The notes under the pieces were generated by a model. That model searched no databases. It was not told where the DNA came from and saw only the letters and a list, made by a program, of their open reading frames with translations. A DNA stretch of 64,000 nucleotides, from assembly GCA_002269645.1 (NCBI GenBank), contig NIVC01000267.1:248001-312000 (forward strand). Reading direction: 5' to 3'. Below, piece by piece: positions 51,515 to 63,236 of this stretch. Each line of letters begins with the position of its first letter. Positions within the stretch are counted from its first letter, which is position 1. The stretch comes from Macrostomum lignano. Lineage: Eukaryota. A program made the translations under genes and the position numbers.

Positions 51515-53039
51515 TATTTGTATTTTAATACAAAAAAATTAAAATTAATAACTCTTTTTTATTCAAAGCATAAAAAGTCTTTCCATTGTTATCAAGCAAT
51601 ATCCTTAGCTTTATCTTTATTTTGTAAAATTCAAACATCTAGCAATTTATTCAAATATTTTAATTTTTTTACCAAAATGTCTTACTAATATCATATGCCT
51701 TATTGCCAAAGTGACTAGTAGCCTTCTAGTATAAATTCAAGTTTGTGATTATAGTTTTTATAAATATAACTATATATTCAATTTTATAATTTTAATATAA
51801 TAATTTAAGAATAAGATTTTTTATAAGTATCAAATTAAGTTCTTGTTATAATAATGTTATGGTATAAGTTATAAGGACATGTTAATAAGCCTTATATTAT
51901 ACTAATAGCTTCATAATTGTATATATGCATTATAGTTGTAAGACCTTATAGCATTGTCTAAACTCATATGCCATTGGCTAATAAACATTTTGGGTTAAGT
52001 TTAAAATATTAAAATAATTTGGTATGTTAGGCATCTTGATATATTTTTTCTAGATTACTTAAAAATTACTTATTAATTAATTGGTATATAATAGATATTA
52101 TCCTTTTTTCCTTTTTCCTTCCTATATTCTAAAAATATGTTGTCAGTATGTGATCAATTAAAAAAACTCAACCAATCTTCTTCAAATTTGCACCATTCAA
52201 TTAGAAATCTTTCCCTGGTGTTAAATGTGTCTTGGCTAAAAAGTTGTTCAATGTTAAAAGGGATTGAATATAAAAAACATGCTTTTTACAAAGGTCAAGT
52301 AGACTTTTCAACTTTAAATGCATTGTAAAAAAGCTAGAGAAAAAACTGACTGGCTGAATTCTTATTCTGATAAAAATTGCATTATACAAGGCTTTTGACT
52401 GTATACTAGCTAAATTTTGACACTGACTTGAATTGTATCAGTGTTGAAAACAGTGTAGGAGTTACCACAAGACTTAATTTAAATTGTATAACTATATAGT
52501 TAACTAATGTATGATAATGACTTGCTATTAATATAATTTAATTTAGCCTTTACTTTTTTTGTCAACCTTTTTTCAATTAGACATTGAGTCATTGAGGCTT
52601 AAATATATATAGTACAAGTTTTCTAGCAATGATTCAATACACTAAATAAAAACTTAAACTATGTATACAAGCCAGACAGTATCCAAAAGCTTATAGACAA
52701 ACATTTTTATGCAAAACAAGCAAACTGTTTGATCAAACCTTGCTATAGTCTTTCATAGTAACACCTATTGTATGCAACCCTGCAAACAAGCAGTAGATGA
52801 TTCCCTCTCCTCACCCCTTTTCTCTCTCCCCTCCCTCTTATTTCCTCTCCTCTCTCATCTCTTTTCTCCTATCTGCTCTCATCTCTTCTCTGATCCTATC
52901 TCTCGCCTCTCCTCTCTGTTATCTCTCATCTATTTTATCGCCTTAATTCCTTTCTCATGTGGCCCGCAGCCATGTACTGAATTATTTATGTATAACTATA
53001 AAAATCTGCTTATTATTTTCGCAGAGCACTTCAACAAGC

Positions 53040-56000
53040 ATGGCAAATGAATGTCTGGCCAGTCTAGGCCTATCTGGGCCTAAGATTGAAGAAACAATGC
53101 GAAACAAAGACCTCACCGAGCGCTTAGTGGCTTTGGTCCGCTGCGCCAAGGACAAGCTGGGCTCCAAGGAGTTGAGTAAAGTGCAGGGAAATTTGATTTA
53201 CCACACTGGCACTAAGCTGAAAAAGCAGGCATTTGCCGGTCATGAACTGATTGTCAACCACATTATTAACGGCGATCTGGCCACGGAGGCCCAGGTAACA
53301 GCCGCCTGCGATTTCTGCCTCAAGCAGATTGGCAGCGGCGACTTGGACGCCTTCAAAGCCGCCTGCGGCATCGGGGTGTCAATCACTCCCGAAGATATCG
53401 AACGGGCGGTTGAGGAAGTGATTAATAAGCATAAGCAGGAGCTGCTGGCACAGCGTTATGCGTTTGGAATGAATAAGCTTCTCGGAGAGGCCAGGTTTGT
53501 GTCCTATAGTTGTCCTATAGGCCCAGGTATAGTTGGATATCTAGCTCAGATCTAGTTGGATATCTAGCTCGGATCTAGTTGGATATCTAGCTCGGGTCTA
53601 GTTGGATATCTAGCTCGGATCTATTTGGATATCTAGCCAAGACATGTTTAAAGCCAATCCTGTCCCAAGCAATCCTACCCACCTTTACCCCGCTATCAAA
53701 GATCCAACCTGAAATGGGCCGACGGCAAGCAGGTGAAATGCGAATTCGAGGTGCAAATCCTTCACTTGCTGGGCCCCAAGACCGACGCTGACCGAGCCGG
53801 CAATGCCAACGCCTCTTCAGTTGCTAAGCAACCGGCTGCCAGAGGCAAGCCAGCGGCAGTCGCAGCCGCCGCCAACGGGAACGCGGAGGTCTTCCGCGAA
53901 GACACCCGCTCCCTGGCCGACCAGATGATCAGCGGCGACGCGGCCAAATTTCACAAGCCGGGCGAAAATTACCTCACTGACGGCTACGTGATGACGCCGC
54001 GGACTCGATTCCTGCTCGGGCGGCACCTCAAGCAGACTGGCGGCAAGGTATTCACCAGATTCCCTCCCGAGCCCAACGGAATTCTCCATATCGGGCACGC
54101 TAAAGCCATCAATTTTAACTTCGGCTACGCGCGAGCTCACAACGGGCACTGCTATCTCAGGTGCGCTGATTGCTAGAAGCCCCTGAACCCTACCCATAAT
54201 CGCCCCTGAACGTTATCTAGAGTCGCCCTGAACCCTATCCAGAGTCGCCCTGAACCCTATCCAAGTCGCCCTGAACCCTAACCAGAATCGCCCTGAACCC
54301 TATCCATAATCGCCCCTGAACCCTATCCATAATCGCCCTGAACCCTATCCATAATCGCCCTGAACCCTATCCATAATCGCCCCTGAACCCTATCCAGAAT
54401 CCGCTTATGCTTTATTAAAATTTCAGATACGACGACACGAATCCGGAGAAAGAGGAGGAGAAATTCTTTGTAGCCATTCGTGACATTGTGGAGTGGCTCG
54501 GCTACACGCCTTATAAGGTTGGTGGAATTTTATTAGCCAGTTGTGACTACTGTCTTGTCACTCCGATCCCTAATTTACTGTTCTTGTCACTCCGGGTCTT
54601 AAATTCACTGTTCTCGTCACTCCGATGCCGATTTAAACTTTTCTGGTCACCCCGGTTCACCAAATTCACTGCTCTCGTCACTGGGGGCACCAAATTCACT
54701 GTTCTCGTCACTTTGGGGCCACCAAATTCACTGCTCTCGTCACTCCGATGCCGAATTAAACTTTTCTGGTCACTCGGGTTCACCAAATTCACTGTTCTCG
54801 TCACTTTGGGGCCACCAAATTCACTGCTCTCGTCACTTTGGGGCCACCAAATTCACTGCTCTCGTCACTCCAACGCCCAACTCCAAGCCCACACACCCCT
54901 TCCATCAACCAGGTGACGTACGCGTCGGACAACTTCGACCAGCTGTACGAGTGGGCTGAGAGCCTCATCATGCGCGGCAAGGCCTACGTGTGCCATCAGT
55001 CGCCAGACCAGTTGAAGGGCCACAACCCGCCGCCGTCGCCTTGGCGAGATCGGCCAGCCGAGGAGTCGCTGCAGCTGTTCAGAGCGATGCGGGCCGGCAT
55101 GTACGCCGAGGGCGAGGCCTGTCTGAGAATGCGGCTCACTATGGAGGACTCCAAGCAGGATCCCGTGGCTTACAGGATCAAATATGCCCGGCACCACCGG
55201 ACTGGCAGCAAGTGGTGCATCTATCCCACCTATGACTACACCCACTGCTTGTGCGACTCCATTGAGAACATTACTCACTCTCTGTGCACCAAGGTGAGCC
55301 TTTGGCGGCGTTTGGGGCCATTGCCCCCTCCATGCTATTGTCCCCTCCATGCTATTGCCCCCTCCATGCTATTGTCCCCCTCCATGCTATTGCCCCTCCA
55401 TGCTATTGCCCTCCATGCTATTGTCCCCTCCATGCTATTGCCCCCCCCATGCTGTTGCCCCCTCCATGCTATTGCCCCACTCCATGCTATTGCCCCCTCC
55501 ATGCTATTGCCCCCTGTTTGATGTCCTCTCTGATCCTTCAGGTGTCTGATGCCCCTCCATGATCCTTCATGTGTCTAATGTCCCCCTCCATACTTCTTCA
55601 TGTCCTAGTGTCCCCTCCATCATCCTTCAGCTGTCTGACGCCCCCTCCATCATCCTTCAGCTGTCTGACGCCCCCTCCATGATCCCTCATCTGGCTGCAG
55701 TTATCTTATTATAAACCGCATAGCAACCGCGCAAGCAAATCTCATCCCCCATCTGTGAACAACAATCGCAGGAGTTCCAGAACCGCCGGTCCTCCTATTA
55801 CTGGCTGTGCAACGCGCTGGACCTGTACTGCCCGGTGCAGTGGGAGTACGGCCGGCTCAACGTCTGCAACACGGTCATGTCCAAGCGGAAGATTCTCAAC
55901 CTGGTGCAGAAGAAGGCTGTAGCTGACTGGGACGATCCCAGGCTATTCACCCTCACAGCGCTGCGCCGCCGCGGTGTCCCGCCAGAAGCTGTGAACCTAT

Positions 56001-57412
56001 TCGCCGCCAAGGTTGGCGTCACCATGGCATCGGCCTACATCGATCCCAGCCTCCTTGACGCCTGCACCAGAGAGATCCTTAACACATCAGCGCCGCGCAC
56101 CATGGTTGTACTCGATCCGCTGAAGGTCACCATAGTTGAAGGCCTGGACGCCGTCAAATCGGCCGCCTTGACGGTGCCAGACTATCCGGCCAGTCCAGAG
56201 CGGGGCTCGCATTCCATTGCCAGCTTCTCCGCCTCATCCGGCGTGCTCTACTTAGAGAGAGAAGATTTTCGCGACGGCGGCAAAGCGGGCGCCGGCGCCG
56301 GGTTCAAACGGCTCACCGAGGACCAGCCAGTCGGCCTAAAGCACGCCAATGTGGCCATCGCTGTGCGTCAGGTTGTCCGGGACGCTGCCGGACAGGTGTC
56401 CGAGCTCCGAGTGGCCTGTCTGCCGTTGGACAGCCTGCCGGCCAAGCCGAAATGCTTTGTGCATTGGGTGGCGGATCCTGTGCAGGTGAGAGCGGGAATC
56501 GGGCCTAATTGCGAATAAAGATGATAAAATCCGCTTGCTACTTATTTAGTAGCAAGCAAAGAAAGTGAAAACTATTTTCGTAGTGTTGGTCCAATATAAT
56601 GATAATAATAATAGCAATTTTTAACACCCTGTCCCAATTGGGCCAGTTGTGCAACCGAAAGCTCAGCCGCAGCTATTGCACGGCGCATCTTTAAAGGCTG
56701 CATACGGCCACACTCACCCTCAATTACCCCAGCTAATGCTGGCACCCATTTTACAGCTGCGTGAACTGAAGCAATGCAGAGTTGAGTGTCTTGCTCAAGG
56801 ACACAAACTGTTCCAGTGGGATCGGGAATCGAACCCCCAACCTTCAAGTCGTCAGCCCGACGCTCCAACCACTAGGCTAACAACTCTGAAGAAAGAACAA
56901 CCCCCTTTCTTGCGGCAAGAGAAAAATTGAAATAAATGTCTGCTGTGGGCTTTAAAGTGCAAATTTACGGCCCAAGAGTCGTTTCATAGTCACAGACAAT
57001 AAAAGGCTTCAAATTGACTTTTAGGCTACTTTTTGGCGACTTGTACCGTGACATCGCGTCGTGTTTTAGAGTCGTCCAGAGTCACTTCTTTTCTTTTTTA
57101 CCTGGGTTACCTGCAACGACTCTGTCTGTCACACAATATCCAATCCAGGTGGAGGTCCGCTTATACGAGCAGCTGTTCACCATGAAGAACCCCGAGGAGC
57201 ATCCCGACGGCCTCATAGCGGCCATGAATCCGAACTCTCTGTCGGTGAAGCCCGGCGCCCTGGCTGATCGCTACCTGCTGACTGCTGCCGCCATTCAGCG
57301 CCACCTGCAGTTCGAGCGGCTGGGCTATTTTTATCTGGATCAGGACTCCAGCCCGCCTGGCCGGCTTATCTTTAATCGAACTGTCACGCTGAAAGAAGAC
57401 GTTGGGAAATAA
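53040..57412 (+). CDS. QARS1: Glutaminyl-tRNA synthetase, join(53040..53494,53702..54160,54427..54517,54913..55293,55772..56485,57149..57412), ~787 aa
   Basis: Eukaryotic N-terminal appended domain (LASLGLS...LKWADGK); HIGH motif [16 protein letters not shown]; YDDTNPE; IYPTYDY..C.CDSIE.ITHSLCT.EF; MSKRK; [14 protein letters not shown]; QFERLGYF; [10 protein letters not shown]. All five introns are GT-AG and in phase; total 2364 nt. Confidence 0.97.
53529..53637. repeat. 23-mer AGTTGGATATCTAGCTCGGATCT x~5 (QARS intron 1)
   Basis: Read directly. Confidence 0.88.
54178..54400. repeat. ~22-23-mer CGCCCCTGAACCCTATCCATAAT (QARS intron 2)
   Basis: Read directly. Confidence 0.9.
54550..54870. repeat. 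Degenerate ~30-32-mer CCAAATTCACTGCTCTCGTCACTTTGGGGCCA (QARS intron 3)
   Basis: Read directly. Confidence 0.85.
55318..55700. repeat. 17-18-mer TGCTATTGCCCCCTCCA followed by a ~30-mer variant array (QARS intron 4)
   Basis: Read directly. Confidence 0.88.
56595..56885 (-). mobile_element. tRNA-headed CORE-type SINE in QARS intron 5
   Basis: Minus strand: box A TAGCCTAGTGG, box B GGTTCGATTCC, then GTGTCCTTGAGCAAGACACT...GCTTCAGT...CTGTAAAATGGG resembling the MIR CORE domain, and a (TTA)n-like tail. Confidence 0.7.
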
Positions 57413-57607
57413 AGACGTTGGTTTACCGTAATTATTGGTCCGTTGGCTCAAGTGAGCTGCATGTGGAAAGGAAGTTTTACAAACTCGAAAGGTCTTTAAT
57501 AGTCGCTTTTTACCGATTTCTAAAATTAGAAGTTTTGAGATTGAGAAGCATAGAAGTTAAGCTGATTTGGTTTTGGTTAGCTCGCAGTGTCTCACTAGAC
57601 AGCTAGA

Positions 57608-57850
57608 GCCTGGTGGTCTGGTGGGGCGCTCTTGATGTGCCAGTGGCCCAGGCTCGATTCCAAGTGCAGTCACATTAATTTCGGGCTAAATTGGAATCTC
57701 GGCTTGGCTCTGCTAACAAGGCACAGTGAAGTGTGTGTGCCTGCTCAGAGGTGTCGGAATGGGCAGTAATGCCTCTCGTCGGTTGTGTGACATGACAATG
57801 TCGCTTAAAGTGCGCCAGTACACAGCGCCTGACCCTATATAAAGACTTTA
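57608..57850 (+). mobile_element. Degenerate tRNA-derived SINE
   Basis: Box A-like TGGTCTGGTGG and box B-like GGCTCGATTCC at tRNA-like spacing. Confidence 0.35.
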
Positions 57851-58287
57851 CGGTAATTCTAAGACAGTCAAATCGCTAATTGGACCATTCTTTTTCTACC
57901 AGCATCAGCTCACTCGAGTCAAAAAAATAAACAGAATTGTGTAACTGTAAACTGCTTAAACGTATTCAATCAATTTTCACAACAGTAATCTTGTTGCTTT
58001 TAGAAGCGACGTGGATTACTTGTGCCATGTATTCGAGGAAAAATTTATTGTGATCGCTAAAATCCCGTGAATGTTAGATTGATATTTGCGGTTGAATGAT
58101 TTTTTTGGTTGCTAATTTATGACTAACTTAGTAATTTTAAATGGCAAGTACACCAGTTCAGAATCGATAGTTAAGAGTCGCTTCCTTTAACAGTTTGCTC
58201 CTTTTGGATTGATGCGGTGCCTCTCGCTTCGTGTCCTTATTTCAAAACATTTTTGTAATAACTAATGCAACTTAGCAATAGCAACTT

Positions 58288-58415
58288 AGGGGAAGCTGTG
58301 TGTTTCTAAGAATTGCAATAGGGGAAGTTGTGTGTTCTAAGAATTGCAATAGGGGAAGCTGTGTGTTTCTAAGAATTGCTGTGGTTGAAGCTGTGTGTTT
58401 CTAAGAATTGCTGTA
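58288..58415. repeat. ~32-mer GGGGAAGCTGTGTGTTTCTAAGAATTGCAATA x~4
   Basis: In the spacer between QARS and the TUT-like gene. Confidence 0.8.
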
Positions 58416-58592
58416 GGCATAATTCTCTTAATAGTGCAATTAAAAGAATTTGTGGATTTAAGAAGCTTTGCCTTTTAACAATAGTGAATAGAGAGAATAT
58501 TAGGAACTTAGACTAGGGGAAGTGCTCCCATTTAAAAATCAGTATGTTTTCTCCTTCCTCATTTTCTAAGAAAGCCTCGCAGCCCACCAGCC

Positions 58593-61500
58593 ATGAGCAC
58601 TGAGTACATGTCCAACCGCAGCCTGGGCGAGCAGCTGCAGGCGTTTTATAACTGCATTCTGCTGTCGGCTGAGGAGGCCGCCCAGCGACAGCTGGCCATC
58701 GACCGACTCACCGAGCTGGTGTCGGAGACCCTGCCCAAGGCCACGGTGCACCTGGTCGGCTCCTCGGCCAGCGGCATCGCCTCCAAGAATTCCAGTGTGG
58801 ATCTCTCCATTGAGGTGAGGCTTCTGTCCTTAGCTTTGCGAGTTCTTGCACGCGGTGTCGCACTTTTAAGCATGTTTATTTGGGATGTTATCTCCCAGAT
58901 CCCTAGTTGCTGGGCCAGCCTCCCAGATCCTCAGTTGCTGGGCCAGCCTCCCGGATCCTCAGTTGCTGAGTCGCCACCAGGCTCCCAGATCCTCAAGTTC
59001 AGCCACCCAGATCCTCAAGTTCAGCCACCCAGATCCTCAAGTTCAGCCTCCCAGATCCTCAAGTTCAGCCTCACAGATCCTCAAGTTCAGCCTCCCAGAT
59101 CCTCAAGTTCAGCCTCACAGATCCTCAAGTTCAGCCTCCCAGATCCTCAAGTTCAGCCTCCCAGATCCTCAAGTTCAGCCTCCCAGATCCTCAAGTTCAG
59201 CCTCCCAGATCCTCAAGTTCAGCCTCCCAGATCCTCAAGTTCAGCCTCACAGATCCTCAAGTTCAGCCTCCCAGATCCTCAAGTTCAGCCTCCCAGATCC
59301 TCAAGTTCAGCCTCACAGATCCTCAAGTTCAGCCTCCCAGATCCTCAAGTTCAGCCTCCCAGATCCTCAAGTTCAGCCTCCCAGATCCTCAAGTTCAGCC
59401 TCCCAGATCCTCAAGTTCAGCCTCACAGATCCTCAAGTTCAGCCTCACAGATCCTCAAGTTCAGCCTCACAGATCCTCAAGTTCAGCCTCACAGGTCCCG
59501 CACAGACGAACCAGCTACCAAACTCAATGCTCCGCTCCCCCTCTTCCCCCCCCCCGCAGATCCCGGATGACAATCCAACGGGTGCCAATGCGCCCACCGC
59601 AGCGGAAGCCGCTCCGCAGGCCGACGCGGCCAGCCGCGACCGCGAGCGGGCGGACCAAATCTTTGGCTTGCTGCAGCGTCGCGAAGGCGAATTCATCCGC
59701 GTCCAGGTGATGCACAGTCGGCAGGTGTCGGTGGTCACCTGCGTGTACCGGCAGGCTGACCTGCGCTGCTCCGTCAGGCTTGGCAGAGGCGGCCAGCAGC
59801 ATAGGCGAGCCGCGGCCCTGTTAAACGGCCTGGCCTCGCTCAGCGAAGCTTTTCGCCTGCTGACCGTTGTAACGAGAGAGTGGGCGCTGTCCAGGCAGCT
59901 TATTAGGCGGAAGGGAGCGCTGACCGGCTACGCTGTGGCCCTGCTGGTGCTGTTTCACATGGAGCAGGGTGAGTGTGCGGCCTTGATAACCCACTCATTG
60001 ACCCACTGTATAATTGACCTAATAAATCATTGACCTACTGACTCATTGACCCACTCTTGACCCACTTTAATTGACCCACTCTTGACCCACTGTATAATTG
60101 ACCCACTGAATCATTGACCTATTGAATCATTGACCTACTGACTCATTGACCAACTCTTGACCCACTATAATTGACCCACTCTTGACCCACTGTATAATTG
60201 ACCCACTAAATCATTGACCTACCAAATCATTGACCCATTGAATCATTGACCTATTGAATCATTGACCTACTGATTCATTGATCCACTCTTGACCCACTGT
60301 ATAATTGACCCACTGAATCATTGACCTATTGAATCATTGACTCACTACTAAGTCATTGACCCACTGAATCATCGACCCACTGTATAATTGACCCACTGAA
60401 TCATTGACCCACTGAATCATTGACCTACTGACTCATTGACCCACTCTTGACCCACTGTATAATTGACCCACTGAATCATTGACCTATTGAATCATTGACT
60501 CACTACTAAGTCATTGACCCACTGAATCATCGACCCACTGTATAATTGATCCACTGAATCATTGACCCACTGAATTATTGACCCACTGAATTATTGACCC
60601 ACTGAATTATTGACCCACTGACTCACTGCCACTTTGTTTATTCACATCAACACATGTCCTCTCTGCCGCAGGCGGCCTGGTACCGCCGTCCGTAGTTCGC
60701 GCCCTGGCCCGAGGCCATCGCAAATCCGAGGTGTCCGAGGCGTTGCGCAAATGGCAGCCGGAGCCGCTGAGCACAGAGCAGCTGGGTGAGCAGTTCTGCG
60801 GCCTGGTCCGCCTGTACGCCACCATCGGCTTCTTCGCCTCCAGCGCCGTCTGCGTCCTCACCGGCCGCCTGCTGGACCGGGGCGGCCGCGAGGATCCGTT
60901 TCCCGGCGCCCGGGTCAGCCTGCCCTGTCCGGTGTCCGGAGAGAATGCTGGCCGAACCTATTCACGGGTGTCCGAACCGGAGGAGCCCTTCTATCGGACG
61001 GCGCTTAACTTGGCCAAGGACCACGATTTGTTCACGGCCTGCTTCGCTCGCAACCTGGACGGGATGCGCAAGGCTAAATTGGTGCAGCAGCTGCCCGCTT
61101 TCAAGTGAGCCCTTGCTGTTTTCCTGTCTGTAACAGTCTCTTGAGTTGCTGTTATTTTGTCTGTAACAGCCTCTTGAGTTGCTGTTTTCCTGTCTGTAAC
61201 AGTCTCTTGAGTTGCTGTTATTTTGTCTGTAACAGCCTCTTGAGTTGCTGTTTTCCTGTCTGTAACAGTCTCTTGAGTTGCTGTTATTTTGTCTGTAACA
61301 GCCTCTTGAGTTGCTGTTTTCCTGTCTGTAACAGTCTCTTGAGTTGCTGCTATTTTGTCTGTAACAGCCTCTTGAGTTGCTGTTATCCTGTCTTTCTGTA
61401 ACAGCCTCTTGAGTTGCTGTTATTTTGTCTGTAACAGCCTCTTGAGTTGCTGTTATCCTGTCTGTCTGTAACAGCCTCTTGAGTTGCTGTTATCCTGTCT

Positions 61501-63161
61501 GTCTGTAACAGCCTCTTGAGTTGCTGTTATCCTGTCTGTCTGTAACAGCCTCTTGAGTTGCTGTTATCCTGTCTGTCTGTAACAGCCTCTTGAGTTGCTG
61601 TTTTCCTGTCTGTAACAGTCTCTTGAGTTGCTGTTATTTTGTCTGTAACAGTCTCTTGAGTTGCTGTTATTTTGTCTGTAACAGCCTCTTGAGTTGCTGT
61701 TATCCTGTCTGTCTGTAACAGCCTCTTGAGTTGCTGTTATCCTGTCTGTAACAGCCTCTTGAGTTGCTGTTATCCTGTCTGTAACAACCTCTTGAGTTGC
61801 TGTTATCTTGTCTGTAACAGCCTCATGAGTTGCTGTTTTCCTGTCTGTAACAGTTTATGCCTTGGTTGGCGATTCATTTAACGTTGGCTCTCCCCTCCTC
61901 CGCCAGGCGCCTGGAAGAGCAGCAGCTGGTGCCGCCCATGCAGCGCCTGGTCGAGCGAGTCCAGCGCACCCTGGAGAATCGCGGCCGCTCCGGCTACGAG
62001 AAATTCGCCGGCCGACTGGTCGCGACCTCCGCCAACGGCGCCGACGCTGCCGCTCCTAGTAAGTCGTCGCCTCCGCAGCGGCAGCAGCATCAGTTCCAGA
62101 ATCCGCATCATCAGCAGTACCGCCAGCGACCGCAGGTTCCGCGTTTTCGTGCCTCCTCGTCGCCGAAGTTCCCAACGGCTCCCGGGCCGCAGCAGCAGCA
62201 GCAGCCGATGTCAATGCTGCGGCAGATTCCTCGCCCGCCGCGGCCTCTGCTGAGGCTGCCGCGCAGTTGCAGCGGCAATGGCGGCAGCGGCCGTGGCAGG
62301 TCGGCGGCGTCAAAGTCTGCCGAACGACCAGCGTCGGCTCAGACGAAGGCGCCGAAGGCAAAACGCGACAACAATTCGAAAAAATCTATGAAAAAAGCTA
62401 AAAGCGCTTCTAAAAAGCCTCAAGCCGCCGCCAAGAAGCCTGAAGCTTCAGACGAATCCGCCGCCAAGAAGCCTGAAGCTTCAGACGAATCCGCCGCTAA
62501 GAAGCCTGAAGCTTCAGGCGAATCTGCCGCTAAGAAGCCTGAAGCTTCAGGCGAATCTGCCGCTAAGAAGCCTGAAGCTTCAGACGAATCTGCCGCTAAG
62601 AAGCCTGAAGCTTCAGGCGAATCTGCCGCTAAGAAGCCTGAAGCTTCAGGCGAATCCGCCGCTAAGAAGCCTGAAGCTTTAGGTGAATCTGCCGCCAAGA
62701 AGCCTGAAGCTTCAGGCAAATCCGCCGCCAAGAAGCCTGAAGCTTCAGGCAAATCCGCCGCCAAGAAGCCTGAAGCTTTAGGTGAATCCGCCGCCAAGAA
62801 GCCTGAAGCTTTAGGTGAATCTGCCGCCAAGAAGCCTGAAGCTAATTCAGGCGAGTCCGTCGTTAAGAAGCCTGAAGCTGCAGAGTTGGAGAATTCAGCT
62901 TCGGAAGCGCGCGCAATTTCAAATCGCGCCACTTTCGCCGCTGTAGCCGCCAACAAGCTGGCCGACCCGACAAAGTCCGCGTCCGCCTCTGGCAACCTGC
63001 TTGACCGTCGGCCGCTGACGGTGAACAATCGGGCTGCTGACGCCCCACCGCTGCCGGCTTCGTCCAAGTCGCTGCCGACGCCGCAGCAGCAGCAGCAGCG
63101 GCAGGCCGGAGCTCCGTCAGGCCGCTCTTATGCTGGCGCCGTGACCGGCCAGGGTCGCTAG
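58593..63161 (+). CDS. Cid1/TUT/GLD-2-family nucleotidyltransferase-fold protein, predicted catalytically inactive, join(58593..58814,59560..59968,60672..61104,61907..63161), ~772 aa
   Basis: Pol-beta-like motif VHLVGSSASGIASKNSSVDL; helical segment FRLLTVVTREWA...GALTGYAVALLVLFHMEQ; PAP-associated-like LGEQFCGLVRLYA...CPVSGENAGR; low-complexity tail. Introns are GT-AG with phases 0/1/2 all matched; total 2319 nt. Confidence 0.78.
58895..59492. repeat. 22-mer CAGATCCTCAAGTTCAGCCTCC (TUT-like intron 1)
   Basis: About 25 copies. Confidence 0.95.
59985..60630. repeat. Degenerate ~16-mer ATTGACCCACTGAATC (TUT-like intron 2)
   Basis: Read directly. Confidence 0.9.
61110..61853. repeat. 33/37-mer CTGTAACAGCCTCTTGAGTTGCTGTTATCCTGT (TUT-like intron 3)
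   Basis: Starts immediately after the donor. Confidence 0.95.
62424..62880 (+). repeat. Coding 33-bp minisatellite encoding (AAKKPEASGES) x13
   Basis: In frame within the last exon of the TUT-like gene. Confidence 0.92.
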
Positions 63162-63230
63162 CTGGTCTCACCGAGAGCAGCGGCTGTGTGCGGGAACTTC
63201 ACACTGATTGGCGGGCAGAGCCAAAGAATT

Positions 63231-63236
63231 AATAAA
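63231..63236 (+). terminator. Candidate poly(A) signal for the TUT-like gene
   Basis: Overlapping AATAAA hexamers 70 nt after the stop. Confidence 0.5.

Noticed and set aside
56820-56885. tRNA gene
   Set aside because: A and B boxes are present but there is no paired acceptor stem, and it continues into a SINE body and tail.
58593-59570. 325-aa unspliced ORF as the real product
   Set aside because: It reads through a GTGAGG donor into a minisatellite; splicing restores contiguous nucleotidyltransferase-fold homology.
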